From Verrucomicrobiota bacterium (GTDB taxonomy: Bacteria > Verrucomicrobiota > Verrucomicrobiia > Opitutales > Opitutaceae): a DNA stretch of 58,724 nucleotides. Shown here one piece after another: positions 46,304 to 56,542 of the stretch (the stretch's first letter is position 1; each line of letters starts with the position of its first letter). Below the pieces are notes generated by a model. That model did no database searches. It saw only the letters and a program-made list of their open reading frames with translations, and was not told the DNA's origin. The stretch spans positions 1-58,724 of the forward strand of contig JANXRL010000157.1 in the NCBI GenBank assembly GCA_025352985.1, written 5' to 3'. The position numbers were made by a program, and so were the translations under genes.

Positions 46304-46561
46304 TCAGGACTCCTTGCGGCCCGCCCGTCCGCCACAGATCCCGACGGGGATATCGCTTTCTCCGCCCAAGAACATCACCGCCTTAGCATAACTTCTTTTC
46401 TCAAGAAAATGAACGAGTTGTGGATGAAGGGCGTCCCGCCCTTTCTCCACAAAATCGTCCAGCTTTAGCATCTCCGAGGCGATCACATCACCATGAGAAG
46501 ATTTAATACCGGCCAAGAGTGTCATTAGCGACGCTTTGATCTTTGTCTCCATCTGTATCAT
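46304..46561 (-). CDS. Small hypothetical protein
   Basis: Plausible helical ORF (LHPQLVHFLEKRSYAKA); start at 46561 or 46552. Confidence 0.6.
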   Translation of the reverse strand: MIQMETKIKASLMTLLAGIKSSHGDVIASEMLKLDDFVEKGRDALHPQLVHFLEKRSYAKAVMFLGGESDIPVGICGGRAGRKES

Positions 46562-46761
46562 AATAACTAATTATATTTTGCTTGTCGGTAGGTTAGAAAA
46601 ATTCACATCGCACGCGCAGCCGGGCAAACGGCGGGAACACGCTTGAGTAAAGTCAGGCGATGATTCACGTTAAGCGCAACTTTCCATCACTCTAGTCCTC
46701 AAAAGCAAGCTGTGCGCTCCCACCCCCGAGGTTGTGCCGGTTTGCTTTTCTTTTCGTCTCC

Positions 46762-49509
46762 ATGAACTCCCTAACCCTCCCCACGCGCGCCAACTCCGAT
46801 GTCATCGAGGCGGCCTACAACGCCTGGCTCGAAAACCCCGACGCCGTCGATCCCACCTGGCGCGCCTTTTTCCAAGGTTTCAGCCTCGGCAGCAACGGCA
46901 CCAGCCTCAACGCCGTCGCCGGCGCGGGCGCCACCTTGTCCGTCATCGACAGCTCCAAGCAGGCCCAGGTCCTGCGCCTCATCAACGCCTACCGCGCCCA
47001 TGGCCACATGCAGGCGCACCTTGACCCGCTCAGCCCGCCGCCCGCCCCATTCCCGCGCCTTAACTACCAGCACTTCGGCCTGACCGACACCGACCTCGAC
47101 GTCTCCTTCGCCGTCGGAAACTTCAAAGGCGGCGGCCAGATGAAGCTCCGCTCGCTCATCACTTCCCTCAACGAAACCTACTGCGGTCACATCGGCGTGG
47201 AATACCTGCACATGCAGGATCTCGACGCCCGCGACTGGCTCCAGGCCCGCATGGAGGCCTCGCACAACCGCCCCTCCTTCACCCGCGACCAGAAGGTCCG
47301 CATCCTCCGCCGCCTCTTCAAGGCCGAGCTCTTCGAGAAATTCCTCCACACCCGCTTCGTCGGCCAGAAGCGCTTCTCGCTTGAAGGGGGAGAAACCATG
47401 ATCGCCGCCTTCGACGCGCTCATCGAGCATTGTCCCGACCTCGGCGTGGAAGAGATTGTCATGGGCATGGCCCACCGCGGCCGCCTCAGCGTCCTCACCA
47501 ACATCCTTCGCAAGCCCTTTGAAGTTCTCTTCGAGCAGTTCTCCGAAAACTACATCCCCCACTCCGTCGGCGGCGACGGAGACGTGAAATACCACCTCGG
47601 CTACGAAGCCGAGCTGAAGACCGTGAGCGGCAAGACCATCGAGGTCCGCCTCGCCGCCAACCCGTCCCACCTCGAGATCGTCAATCCGGTCGTCGAGGGC
47701 AAGGCCCGCGCCCGCCAGCGCATCCGCGGCGACGTCGAGCGCCGCCGCGTGCTTCCTTTCCTCATACACGGCGACGCCGCCTTTGCCGGTCAGGGCGTCG
47801 TCCCCGAGGCGCTCAACTTCTCCCAGCTCCCCGGCTACCGCACCGGCGGCACCGTTCACTTCGTCATCAACAACCAGATCGGTTTCACCACGCTCCCCGC
47901 TGACGCCCGCTCGACCCGCTACTGCACCGATGTCGCCAAGATGATCGAGGCCCCGATCTTCCACGTGAACGGCGACGACCCCGAGGCCGTCTGCTACGTC
48001 ACCCGCCTCGCCCTCGACTTCCGCGTGAAATTCCAGCGCGACGTCGTGATCGACATGTATTGCTACCGTCGCCACGGCCACAACGAGTCCGACGAACCCG
48101 CCTTCACCCAGCCCGTCCTCTACAAGAGGATCGCCGCCCACCCGCTCATCTCGACCACTCACGCCGAGCGTCTCGTCAAGGAAGACACCGTGGACGCCGC
48201 CGGTGTCGAGGCCATCAAAGCCGAATACACCGCCGCCATGGACGCCGCCTTCGACAAGGCCAAGGCCGTCGAGGCCGCTCGCCTCGCCGCCGGCGAAAAA
48301 GGCGACCCGCTCCGCGGCTCCAGCGCCATCTACCAACCCGGTTACAGCCACGTTCCCGTGCCCACCGGCGTCTCCGCCGAAGTCATCGACAAGGTCGTCG
48401 CCGGCCTCACCAAGATCCCCGCCAACTTCAAAGTTAATCCCAAGATCAAGCGCTTCCTCGAAACCCGCATCCAAGCCCACAAGGAAAACGGCCCGGTTGA
48501 CTGGGGCTTCGGCGAAGCCCTCGCGTTTGGCACCTTGCTCGTCGAAGGCACGCCCGTCCGCCTCAGCGGACAGGACTGCGAACGCGGCACGTTCAGCCAC
48601 CGCCACGCCGTCCTCTACGATTTCGAGACCCGCGAAAAATACGTCCCTCTCCTCAATCTCGAAGACAAGCAGGAGCGCTTCTGCGTTTATAACTCCCACC
48701 TCTCCGAAGCCGCCGTCCTAGGCTTCGATTACGGCTACTCGCTCGACTACCCCCGCATGCTCTGCATCTGGGAAGCCCAGTTCGGCGATTTCGCCAACGG
48801 TGCCCAAGTCGTCATCGACCAGTTCATCGCCTCCTCCGAATCGAAGTGGCAGCGCATGAGCGGCATGGTCCTCCTCCTCCCCCACGGCTACGAAGGCCAG
48901 GGGCCCGAGCACTCCTCCGCCCGCCTCGAACGCTTCCTCCAACTCTGCGCCGAGGACAACCTGCAGGTCGCCAACATCACCACCCCGGCGAACTACTACC
49001 ACGCCCTCCGCCGCCAGATGAAACGCGATTTCCGCAAACCCCTCATCGTAATGGCGCCCAAGTCGCTCCTCCGCCTCCCCGCCGCCACCTCGAAGATCGA
49101 CGAATTCATCACCGGCTCCTTCCAAGAAATCATCGACGATCCCCAGGCTCCAAAGACAGCCAAACGCCTCATCCTCTGCTCAGGCAAAGTTTACTACGAC
49201 CTCGATGCCTACCGCATGGCCAACAAGATAACCGACACCGCCCTCGTTCGCTTAGAGCAGTTGTATCCGCTCAACCGCGGCAAGCTCACCGAAATCGCCG
49301 CCGCCCACGGCAAGGCGAAACTCGTCTGGTGTCAGGAAGAGTCGCAGAACAACGGTGCGTGGAGCTTCATCGCCCCGCAGATCGAGGAAGTCTTCGGACG
49401 CAAAGCGGTTTACGCCGGCCGCGACGCCTCCGCCTCCCCTGCCGTCGGCTCCCTCGCCGTCCACAAACGCGAACTCGCCGCCTTCCTCAAAGACGCGTTC
49501 ACGCTCTAA
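46762..49509 (+). CDS. sucA: 2-oxoglutarate dehydrogenase E1
   Basis: KRFSLEG, GMAHRGRL, HGDAAF, WEAQFGDF and GPEHSSAR motifs. Confidence 0.97.
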   Translation: MNSLTLPTRANSDVIEAAYNAWLENPDAVDPTWRAFFQGFSLGSNGTSLNAVAGAGATLSVIDSSKQAQVLRLINAYRAHGHMQAHLDPLSPPPAPFPRLNYQHFGLTDTDLDVSFAVGNFKGGGQMKLRSLITSLNETYCGHIGVEYLHMQDLDARDWLQARMEASHNRPSFTRDQKVRILRRLFKAELFEKFLHTRFVGQKRFSLEGGETMIAAFDALIEHCPDLGVEEIVMGMAHRGRLSVLTNILRKPFEVLFEQFSENYIPHSVGGDGDVKYHLGYEAELKTVSGKTIEVRLAANPSHLEIVNPVVEGKARARQRIRGDVERRRVLPFLIHGDAAFAGQGVVPEALNFSQLPGYRTGGTVHFVINNQIGFTTLPADARSTRYCTDVAKMIEAPIFHVNGDDPEAVCYVTRLALDFRVKFQRDVVIDMYCYRRHGHNESDEPAFTQPVLYKRIAAHPLISTTHAERLVKEDTVDAAGVEAIKAEYTAAMDAAFDKAKAVEAARLAAGEKGDPLRGSSAIYQPGYSHVPVPTGVSAEVIDKVVAGLTKIPANFKVNPKIKRFLETRIQAHKENGPVDWGFGEALAFGTLLVEGTPVRLSGQDCERGTFSHRHAVLYDFETREKYVPLLNLEDKQERFCVYNSHLSEAAVLGFDYGYSLDYPRMLCIWEAQFGDFANGAQVVIDQFIASSESKWQRMSGMVLLLPHGYEGQGPEHSSARLERFLQLCAEDNLQVANITTPANYYHALRRQMKRDFRKPLIVMAPKSLLRLPAATSKIDEFITGSFQEIIDDPQAPKTAKRLILCSGKVYYDLDAYRMANKITDTALVRLEQLYPLNRGKLTEIAAAHGKAKLVWCQEESQNNGAWSFIAPQIEEVFGRKAVYAGRDASASPAVGSLAVHKRELAAFLKDAFTL

Positions 49510-49520
49510 CTCGCTTCCGG

Positions 49521-49548
49521 CTCTCAACTCTCAGCTCTCAACTCTCAG
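49521..49548 (+). repeat. Heptamer tandem repeat (CTCTCAA CTCTCAG)x2
   Basis: Read directly in the sucA-sucB spacer. Confidence 0.85.
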
Positions 49549-49556
49549 CTTTCTAA

Positions 49557-50762
49557 ATGTCCCTCATCGAAGTCAAAATCCCGCCTCTCGGCGAATCCAT
49601 CAACTCAGGCGTCCTCGCCAAGTGGCACGTCGCCGACGGCGCTATCGTCAAAAAAGACCAGCCCCTCTTCGAGTTGGAAACCGACAAAATCACCTCCGAA
49701 GGTCTCGCCGACTCCGCCGGTAAAATCACCTTCAAAGTCCAGCCCGGCACCGAAGTTAAAATCGGCGAAATCGTCGCCGTGATCGACCCCTCCGTCGCCA
49801 CCGCCGAACCCGCCGCTCCTTCCGCTCCGGCATCCTCCGCCGCCAAGTCCGCCGAACAATCCCCCGCCGTCCGCCGCGTCGCCGCCGAAACCGGCATCGA
49901 CCCCGCCAACATCTCCGGCACGGGCAAAGCCGGCCGCGTTACCAAGGGCGACGTCCTCGCCGCCGCCGCCGCGCCCACCGCTTCCGCCGTCTCCGCCGCC
50001 ATCTCCGCCGCTCCCGCCTCGTCCGTTCCCTCCTCCACCCCAGTCATCTCCACACCCGCCGTCGGCCGCCGCTCCCGCGTAAAGATGAGCAAGCTCCGCC
50101 AAACCATCGCCAAGCGCCTGGTATCCGCCCAGCACGAAGCCGCCATGCTCACCACCTTCAACGAAGTGGACATGTCCGCCGTCATGGCCCTCCGCGCCAA
50201 ATACCAGGACGACTTCGTCAAGAAGAACGGCGTGAAGCTCGGCTTCATGTCCTTTTTCACCAAAGCCGCCGTCCACGCCATGAAGGAAGTCCCCGCCATC
50301 AACGCCCAGCTCGACGGCGACGAGATCATTCAAAACCACTACTTCGACATCAGCATGGCCGTCTCCACCGAGAAAGGTCTCGTTGTCCCCGTCGTGCGCG
50401 ACTGCGACAAACTCGACATGGCCGGCATCGAAAAAGCCATCGGCGAAGTCGCCAAAAAAGCCCGTGACGGCAAACTCAGCCTCCCCGACTTCGAAGGCGG
50501 CTGCTTCACCATCACCAACGGAGGCATCTTTGGCTCGATGCTCTCGACCCCGATCATCAACGCCCCCCAGAGCGCCATTCTCGGCCTCCACGCCATCAAC
50601 GACCGCCCCATGGCCGTCAACGGCCAGGTCGTCATCCGCCCCATGATGTATTTGGCCCTCAGTTACGACCACCGCCTCGTGGACGGCAAAGAAGCCGTCA
50701 CCTTCCTCGTAAAAGTGAAACAGGCCATCGAAGACCCTTCCCGCCTCCTCCTCAGTGTCTAA
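49557..50762 (+). CDS. sucB: Dihydrolipoyl succinyltransferase E2
   Basis: ETDK lipoyl site, [16 protein letters not shown]. Confidence 0.97.
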   Translation: MSLIEVKIPPLGESINSGVLAKWHVADGAIVKKDQPLFELETDKITSEGLADSAGKITFKVQPGTEVKIGEIVAVIDPSVATAEPAAPSAPASSAAKSAEQSPAVRRVAAETGIDPANISGTGKAGRVTKGDVLAAAAAPTASAVSAAISAAPASSVPSSTPVISTPAVGRRSRVKMSKLRQTIAKRLVSAQHEAAMLTTFNEVDMSAVMALRAKYQDDFVKKNGVKLGFMSFFTKAAVHAMKEVPAINAQLDGDEIIQNHYFDISMAVSTEKGLVVPVVRDCDKLDMAGIEKAIGEVAKKARDGKLSLPDFEGGCFTITNGGIFGSMLSTPIINAPQSAILGLHAINDRPMAVNGQVVIRPMMYLALSYDHRLVDGKEAVTFLVKVKQAIEDPSRLLLSV

Positions 50763-50774
50763 AATGCTCAATCC

Positions 50775-50898
50775 TTAGTCACAGAGAACACAGAGCTAGG
50801 ACCCAGAGTCCACAGAGCCAATCTTCGGATTTCCTCTCCTGATTCCACCTCCTCCCTCCGTGTCCTCTGTGTCTAGGCTCTGTGCCCTCTGTGACTAA
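50775..50898. repeat. Imperfect 43-bp inverted repeat built from CACAGAG units
   Basis: Arms 50775-50817 and 50856-50898; outer 12 bp perfect (TTAGTCACAGAG). Confidence 0.8.
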
Positions 50899-50899
50899 A

Positions 50900-52291
50900 A
50901 TGTCTTCCTCTTCTTCCCCCCAATCCTTCGACCTCATTGTCATCGGCGCCGGCCCCGGCGGCTATGTGTGCGCCTTCCGCGCCGCCCAGCTCGGCCTCAA
51001 GGTCGCCCTCATCGACAAACGCGCCACCCTCGGCGGCACCTGCCTCAACGTCGGCTGCATCCCGAGCAAAGCCCTCCTCGCCTCCTCCGAACATTTTCTG
51101 TTCGCGCAAAAACACGCCGGCGAGCACGGCATCAAGATAGACGGCGTTTCCATCGACGTCCCCGCGATGCTCAAGAAAAAGGACGGCATCGTCTCCAAGC
51201 TCACCGGCGGCGTCGCCGCCCTCGCCAAAGCCCGCAAAGTCACCGTCCTCACCGGCGAGGCCAAGTTCACCTCCGCCAACACCGTGGCCGTCGGTGACCA
51301 GCAACTAACTGCCAAAAACATCGTCATCGCCACCGGCTCCGCCCCCGTCGAGCTGCCCTTCATGAAGTTCGACGGCGAGACCATCATCTCCTCCGACCAC
51401 GCCATCGCGCTCTCCGCCGTCCCCAAGAAACTCGTGGTCGTGGGCGGCGGCGCCATCGGCCTCGAACTCGGCTCCGTCTGGGCCCGCCTCGGCGCCGACG
51501 TCACCATCGTCGAATTCCTCCCGAAGATCGCCGCCACCTACGATGACGACATCGCCCGCAACTTCACCCGCATCCTTCAAAAACAAGGCCTCAAGATCGA
51601 GTGCGGCGCCAAAGTCACCGGCTTTGCGAACGGCATCCTCACCGCCGAGCGCGACGGCAAGATCCTCGAATTCCCCGCCGACAAAGTCCTCGTCGCCGTC
51701 GGCCGCCGCCCCTACGCGGACAACCTCGATCTCGCCGCGGCCGGCGTCGAGCTCACCGACAAAAAACGCATCAAGGTGGACGCCCACCTCAAGACTACCG
51801 CTCCCGGCGTATGGGCGATCGGTGACGTCATCGACGGTCCCATGCTCGCCCACAAAGCCGAGGAAGACGGCGTCGCCGTCGCCGAATGGATCGCCGGCAA
51901 GCCCGGCCACATTAATTGGGACCTCATGCCCGCCATCATCTACACCGATCCCGAAGTCGCCTCGGTCGGCTTGGGGGAAGACGCCGCCAAGGCCAAGGGC
52001 ATCGCGATCAACGTAGGCAAGTTCAACTTCGCCGCCAACGCCCGCGCCCTCGCCAACGACGCCGGCGACGGCTACGTCAAGATCATCGCCGACGCCAAGA
52101 CCGACAAAATCCTCGGCGCCCAGATCCTCGGCAAAAACGCCGGCGAGCTTATCAGCGAGATCGTCACCCACATGGAATACGGCGGCAGCGCCGAAGATCT
52201 CGCCCGCACCGTCCACGCCCACCCGACCATGTCGGAAGCCGTGAAAGAAGCCGCCATGGCCGTCAGCAAGAGCGCGATTCACGCGATCTAA
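50900..52291 (+). CDS. lpdA: Dihydrolipoyl dehydrogenase E3
   Basis: GAGPGG, GGTCLNVGCIPSK and HAHPTMSE motifs. Confidence 0.97.
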   Translation: MSSSSSPQSFDLIVIGAGPGGYVCAFRAAQLGLKVALIDKRATLGGTCLNVGCIPSKALLASSEHFLFAQKHAGEHGIKIDGVSIDVPAMLKKKDGIVSKLTGGVAALAKARKVTVLTGEAKFTSANTVAVGDQQLTAKNIVIATGSAPVELPFMKFDGETIISSDHAIALSAVPKKLVVVGGGAIGLELGSVWARLGADVTIVEFLPKIAATYDDDIARNFTRILQKQGLKIECGAKVTGFANGILTAERDGKILEFPADKVLVAVGRRPYADNLDLAAAGVELTDKKRIKVDAHLKTTAPGVWAIGDVIDGPMLAHKAEEDGVAVAEWIAGKPGHINWDLMPAIIYTDPEVASVGLGEDAAKAKGIAINVGKFNFAANARALANDAGDGYVKIIADAKTDKILGAQILGKNAGELISEIVTHMEYGGSAEDLARTVHAHPTMSEAVKEAAMAVSKSAIHAI

Positions 52292-52328
52292 AAAATCCCC
52301 TGCCGGACCGGACACCTAGGCCGGCTGA

Positions 52329-54368
52329 TTACTTTAGAATCGCAAAAAGCTCTTTTGGGAGGAAGGGCTTGTGCAGAATCCCATCCACGCCGAGGCGATT
52401 GAGTTCATCCGTTTTTTCTTCGCCAAGATGACCACTCACCACCACCACACGGATCTTGTGCCCGGCGTCACGCAAGCGCCGCAATAATTCTGTCCCGCTC
52501 AGCACCGGCATGTTTTCGTCGGTCAGGATAAGATCAAAACTCTTCTCGCGCATGCGGAAAAGTTCCCACGCCTCCTCGCCGTTTTGGGCATAGGTCACGG
52601 CGTGACCGGTGCGTGTGAGCAGAACGTTGATCGTCTCCGCCACCGTCACGTTGTCCTCAACCAGAAGAATGCGTATTCCTGCCTCACCTTCAACCGGCGC
52701 AAGGCCCGGCCCTCCGGATTTGCCGAGAGCAATCATTCCCGACGGTGGCGCGGTCGGGACTGGGAAATAAACATGGAACACCGTGCCGCTGCCGAGCTTG
52801 CTTTCCAATTCGATCCAGCCGTCGAGGCTACTAACCACATTCCAAACCACCGCCAGACCGAGCCCAGTTCCCTGCCCCGGGGATTTGGTCGTATAAAATG
52901 GATCAAACGCCTTGGCCCGCACCTCGGCACTCATCCCGGTGCCGTTGTCCGCTATGGTAAGCCGTTGCCACGAAAGCGCGAAAGGCGCCCTTGAGACGTC
53001 GACGCCACCCTGGACCGATTCCATGCGCAAGGTCGAGATGTCGATGCGCGGCGTCCAGCCGGCGGGCGCGCCCTCCTCGATTTTTTGCATCAAGGCATCT
53101 CTCGCGTTGATGATCAGATTGACGACGATCTGGGCGATGTGCGCACGATCCAAGGAAAGCGGTCCGAGTCCGGGCGAGAGATGCACCGCCAGCTCGATGC
53201 GCCGGTCAAGCGTGTGCCGCAAAAGCCCCAGCGTGTCGTCAACCAGCGGGTTCAGCAGAAGCAGCTCACGTTTCCCATTGGACCGCTGCCCCACCGAGAG
53301 GATGCGCTGGTTGAGCTGCGCCGCCTGATTGATCGCATCCTCGATGGATCGCAGCGCAGCGAGCAGGGAGGTATCGCCGGCCCGATCGATACGAAGCATC
53401 TCCAGACGCAGCAGCATCGGAGTGAGCAAATTGTTGAACTCATGCGCCACTCCCGCCGCCAGTTGGCCGAGCGATTCGATCTTCTGCGTCTGGCGCACCT
53501 GCTTTTCCAGGTCATCACGATCCGTGATGTCCTGGGTGTTCGAAGCAACGCCGATAACCTGACCGTTATCATCCACGAGCGGAGTATTATACCATTCGCA
53601 CAGGATGGATTTTCCGCTCTTGGTAAGATTGCGGTTCGTGCTGCGCGTGCCGCCGCGGTGCGATAAAATCGCCTTCCATACCTCCATCACCTTTTCCCGC
53701 GCCTCGTCCGGCACGATCAGCCCGATGGCATCCCGCCCCAACGCCTCCGCGACCGTGAAGCCGAAGATGCGCTCGGCCGCCGGATTCCACGCCGTGACGC
53801 GAAAATCGAGATCCCACTCGATGACGGCCAGCGGAGTCTGGCGCACATGCAGGGCGAGCCGGCGCTCGGACTTGCGCAACGCCTCCTCGGCGCCGATGCG
53901 CTCGGTCATGTCGAGGTTGATGCCGAGTATGCCGGTGGTTTTCCCGTCCACGCGCACGGGCGCGACGATGTTGTAGCCGTGCTGGCCGCGTCCGTTTTGA
54001 TTAAACGCCACCTCGCCCCGCACGATCTCGCCCTCAAAGGCGCGCCGGTTGTTGTCCTCGCAGATTTTCCGGGTCTCGGGCGGCAGGTCTAGGTCGGCCA
54101 GCGTCTTGCCCTGATTGTCGCCCCAGTTTTTGCGCGCGACCGCGTTCATGAGGGCGTAGCGGCCGGAGTCGTCCATCACCCAGAAATCGAAGGGCATGCT
54201 GTCGATCACCGTGCGCAACCGCGCCTCGCTGTTGAGTAACCGCACCTCGATCTTGCGCCGCGCGCCGATCTCCGCCTTCAACACCCCGATAATGGCTGCG
54301 CCGATGCCCGCCATACCGAATGCAAAAAACAAAAGATAGTCGTGATTTTGTGCGATCCAGCCCGCCAT
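52329..54368 (-). CDS. Hybrid sensor histidine kinase (TM, two PAS, HisKA, HATPase, receiver)
   Basis: AHEFNNLL, NARDA, DNGTG, FYTTK, GTGLGL, VEDN and DENMP motifs; ATG at 54368 inferred. Confidence 0.92.
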   Translation of the reverse strand: MAGWIAQNHDYLLFFAFGMAGIGAAIIGVLKAEIGARRKIEVRLLNSEARLRTVIDSMPFDFWVMDDSGRYALMNAVARKNWGDNQGKTLADLDLPPETRKICEDNNRRAFEGEIVRGEVAFNQNGRGQHGYNIVAPVRVDGKTTGILGINLDMTERIGAEEALRKSERRLALHVRQTPLAVIEWDLDFRVTAWNPAAERIFGFTVAEALGRDAIGLIVPDEAREKVMEVWKAILSHRGGTRSTNRNLTKSGKSILCEWYNTPLVDDNGQVIGVASNTQDITDRDDLEKQVRQTQKIESLGQLAAGVAHEFNNLLTPMLLRLEMLRIDRAGDTSLLAALRSIEDAINQAAQLNQRILSVGQRSNGKRELLLLNPLVDDTLGLLRHTLDRRIELAVHLSPGLGPLSLDRAHIAQIVVNLIINARDALMQKIEEGAPAGWTPRIDISTLRMESVQGGVDVSRAPFALSWQRLTIADNGTGMSAEVRAKAFDPFYTTKSPGQGTGLGLAVVWNVVSSLDGWIELESKLGSGTVFHVYFPVPTAPPSGMIALGKSGGPGLAPVEGEAGIRILLVEDNVTVAETINVLLTRTGHAVTYAQNGEEAWELFRMREKSFDLILTDENMPVLSGTELLRRLRDAGHKIRVVVVSGHLGEEKTDELNRLGVDGILHKPFLPKELFAILK

Positions 54369-54532
54369 AGGAATGTAGAGGCAATCAGTCCCTCGCCCGC
54401 AGTGCAAGCTGCCCGCCGCCACCCCAACGGTCGCCCATGGCCGGGGGATTGTCCTGAGTTTTGATTTGCTGCCCGCCGGACCCGATGCGAAAAACAACCC
54501 TTCTTACTTTGCCTCCGTCCGTCCCCTTCTCC

Positions 54533-54973
54533 ATGAAGACCTTCTCCATCGCCATCGGCTCCGATCACGCAGGTTTCGCGTATAAAGAAGCCATCAAGGC
54601 CGCGCTCCTCGCCGACGGACACACCGTGCGCGACATGGGCACCTATTCGGACGCCTCCTGCGATTACCCCGACTTCATCCGCCCCGTCGCCATGGCCGTC
54701 GCCAAGGAGGAATACCAGCGCGGCATCGTTCTCGGCGGCTCCGGCAACGGCGAGGCCATCGTGGCCAACCGTATCAAAGGCGTGCGCTGCGGACTTTGCT
54801 GGAACGAGCAGGTCGCCATCTGGAACCGCTCCCACAACGACGGCAACGTGCTCTCCCTCGGCCAGCGCACCGTGACCGAGGCCGAGGCCATCAAGATCAC
54901 CCGCACTTGGCTCGCCACCGAGTTCGAGGGTGGCCGCCACCTCGCGCGCATCCAGAAAATCGATGCCGTCTGA
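54533..54973 (+). CDS. rpiB: Ribose-5-phosphate isomerase B
   Basis: GSDHAG, DYPD, GGSGNGE, HNDGN and FEGGRH motifs. Confidence 0.95.
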   Translation: MKTFSIAIGSDHAGFAYKEAIKAALLADGHTVRDMGTYSDASCDYPDFIRPVAMAVAKEEYQRGIVLGGSGNGEAIVANRIKGVRCGLCWNEQVAIWNRSHNDGNVLSLGQRTVTEAEAIKITRTWLATEFEGGRHLARIQKIDAV

Positions 54974-55538
54974 GCAGCCAGCCTCCACGCCGGGCGCGAC
55001 CGTTTCAAAAACGAAATCGCCCGCCCTGCCCCCGCGGCTTACCAGGGGGCTGCATGTCGTCGCCCTTTTCGAGGCGTCGAAGGGTGCCTTGGTGCTCGCC
55101 GCCGGCGTCGGCGCGCTGAGCCTGCTCAACCGCGACGCCAGCCTGATCGCCGAAAAAATCGTCCGCTACCTCCTGCTCAATCCGGACAGCCACTACGCCC
55201 AGATCTTTCTCAAGCGCGCCAGCCTCGTCACCAACAAGCAGCTTCTCCTCACTGCGATCGGCGCCGCGCTCTATTCCGGCACGCGTTTCATCGAAGCCTA
55301 CGGCCTCTGGAAAAACCGCGCCTGGGCCGAGTGGCTCGCGGTGTTCGGCGGCATGATCTACCTGCCCTTCGAGATCACCGCGATCATCCACCGCGCGACG
55401 GTCCTGCGAGTCGGCCTCCTCACGCTCAACGTGCTGGTGGTCGTTTACGTCGCGCGCGTCCTCTGGGTGAAGCGCCTGGCCCGCGCGGCGGCGCGCGACT
55501 CCCGTTCCGCGGATATGGCGGGCGTTTCCCAAGGGTGA
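54963..55538 (+). CDS. DUF2127-like membrane protein
   Basis: VALFEASKG, EAYGLWKNRAWAEWL and YLPFEI motifs. Confidence 0.8.
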   Translation: MPSEQPASTPGATVSKTKSPALPPRLTRGLHVVALFEASKGALVLAAGVGALSLLNRDASLIAEKIVRYLLLNPDSHYAQIFLKRASLVTNKQLLLTAIGAALYSGTRFIEAYGLWKNRAWAEWLAVFGGMIYLPFEITAIIHRATVLRVGLLTLNVLVVVYVARVLWVKRLARAAARDSRSADMAGVSQG

Positions 55539-55585
55539 ACCGGTCGTCCGTTTGAATTCCCCGCGAAGGGTGCTAGGGTTCCCGC

Positions 55586-56515
55586 ATGAAACTCCTTGGC
55601 CTCCACCACGTCACGGCCATCGCCTCCGACGCCCGCCTCAACGCCGCGTTTTACACCAACGTTCTCGGGCTGCGCCTCATCAAGAAGACCGTCAACTTCG
55701 ACGATCCCTCGACTTACCATCTTTACTATGGCGATCACGTCGGCACGCCGGGCTCAGTGCTCACGTTTTTTCCCTGGGCCGGATTGCGGCGCGGGCGCCC
55801 CGGAACCGGCCAAGCCTACGCCACGTCGTTTTCGGTGGCCGCCGATACGCTTCCATTCTGGGAGCAACGCCTGCACGCCCACGGCGTCGCGTTGAAACCC
55901 ATCGCCACGCGTTTCGGCGAAAGCGTGCTGACGTTCACCGATACCGACGGACTCATCCTCGAACTCGTCGCCACATCCGCTCCCGACCCGCGCACACCTT
56001 GGGCGCATCCCGAGATTGCGCAGGCGCACGGCATTCGCGGCTTCCACGGCGTCACCCTCGCGCTCCCCGAAGCGACGCGCACCCACGGTCTGCTCACAGC
56101 CTCGATGGGCTACCGTCAGATCGCCGCCGAAGGACTGCGCACCCGCCTCACAGTCGGCGACGGCGCACCGGGGACTTTTGTCGATCTCCTAGTTGATCCC
56201 TCCCTGCCTCGTGGTCTTCAAGGCGGCGGCACCGTCCACCACGTCGCCTTTCGCACGCCCGACGACGCCGCTCAATCGGTCGCGCTCGAAGAAGTCCGCG
56301 CCCTCGGCCTCAACGCCAGCCCCGTCATGGACCGCAATTATTTCCACTCCATCTACTATCGTGAACCAGAGGGGATTCTCTTCGAGATCGCGACCGACGC
56401 ACCCGGCTTCGCCATCGACGAGCCGGTCGAGTCGCTGGGCGGCAAGCTCATGCTGCCGCCGCAATACGAGCCGCAACGCGCGGAGATCGAGGCCAGCCTG
56501 CCCAAGCTAAGTTAA
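55586..56515 (+). CDS. Ring-cleaving dioxygenase (VOC, MhqO/PcpA-like)
   Basis: GLHHVTAI, KTVNFDDP, HHVAFR, DRNYFHSIY and FEIATD motifs. Confidence 0.92.
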   Translation: MKLLGLHHVTAIASDARLNAAFYTNVLGLRLIKKTVNFDDPSTYHLYYGDHVGTPGSVLTFFPWAGLRRGRPGTGQAYATSFSVAADTLPFWEQRLHAHGVALKPIATRFGESVLTFTDTDGLILELVATSAPDPRTPWAHPEIAQAHGIRGFHGVTLALPEATRTHGLLTASMGYRQIAAEGLRTRLTVGDGAPGTFVDLLVDPSLPRGLQGGGTVHHVAFRTPDDAAQSVALEEVRALGLNASPVMDRNYFHSIYYREPEGILFEIATDAPGFAIDEPVESLGGKLMLPPQYEPQRAEIEASLPKLS

Positions 56516-56542
56516 TCTCAACGCCCACGCAGGCACACCGCC

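Noticed and set aside
46771-52315. Long antisense ORFs over sucA, sucB and lpdA (642, 388 and 336 aa) and similar ones elsewhere
   Set aside because: Shadow ORFs caused by strong C-ending codon bias on the coding strand.
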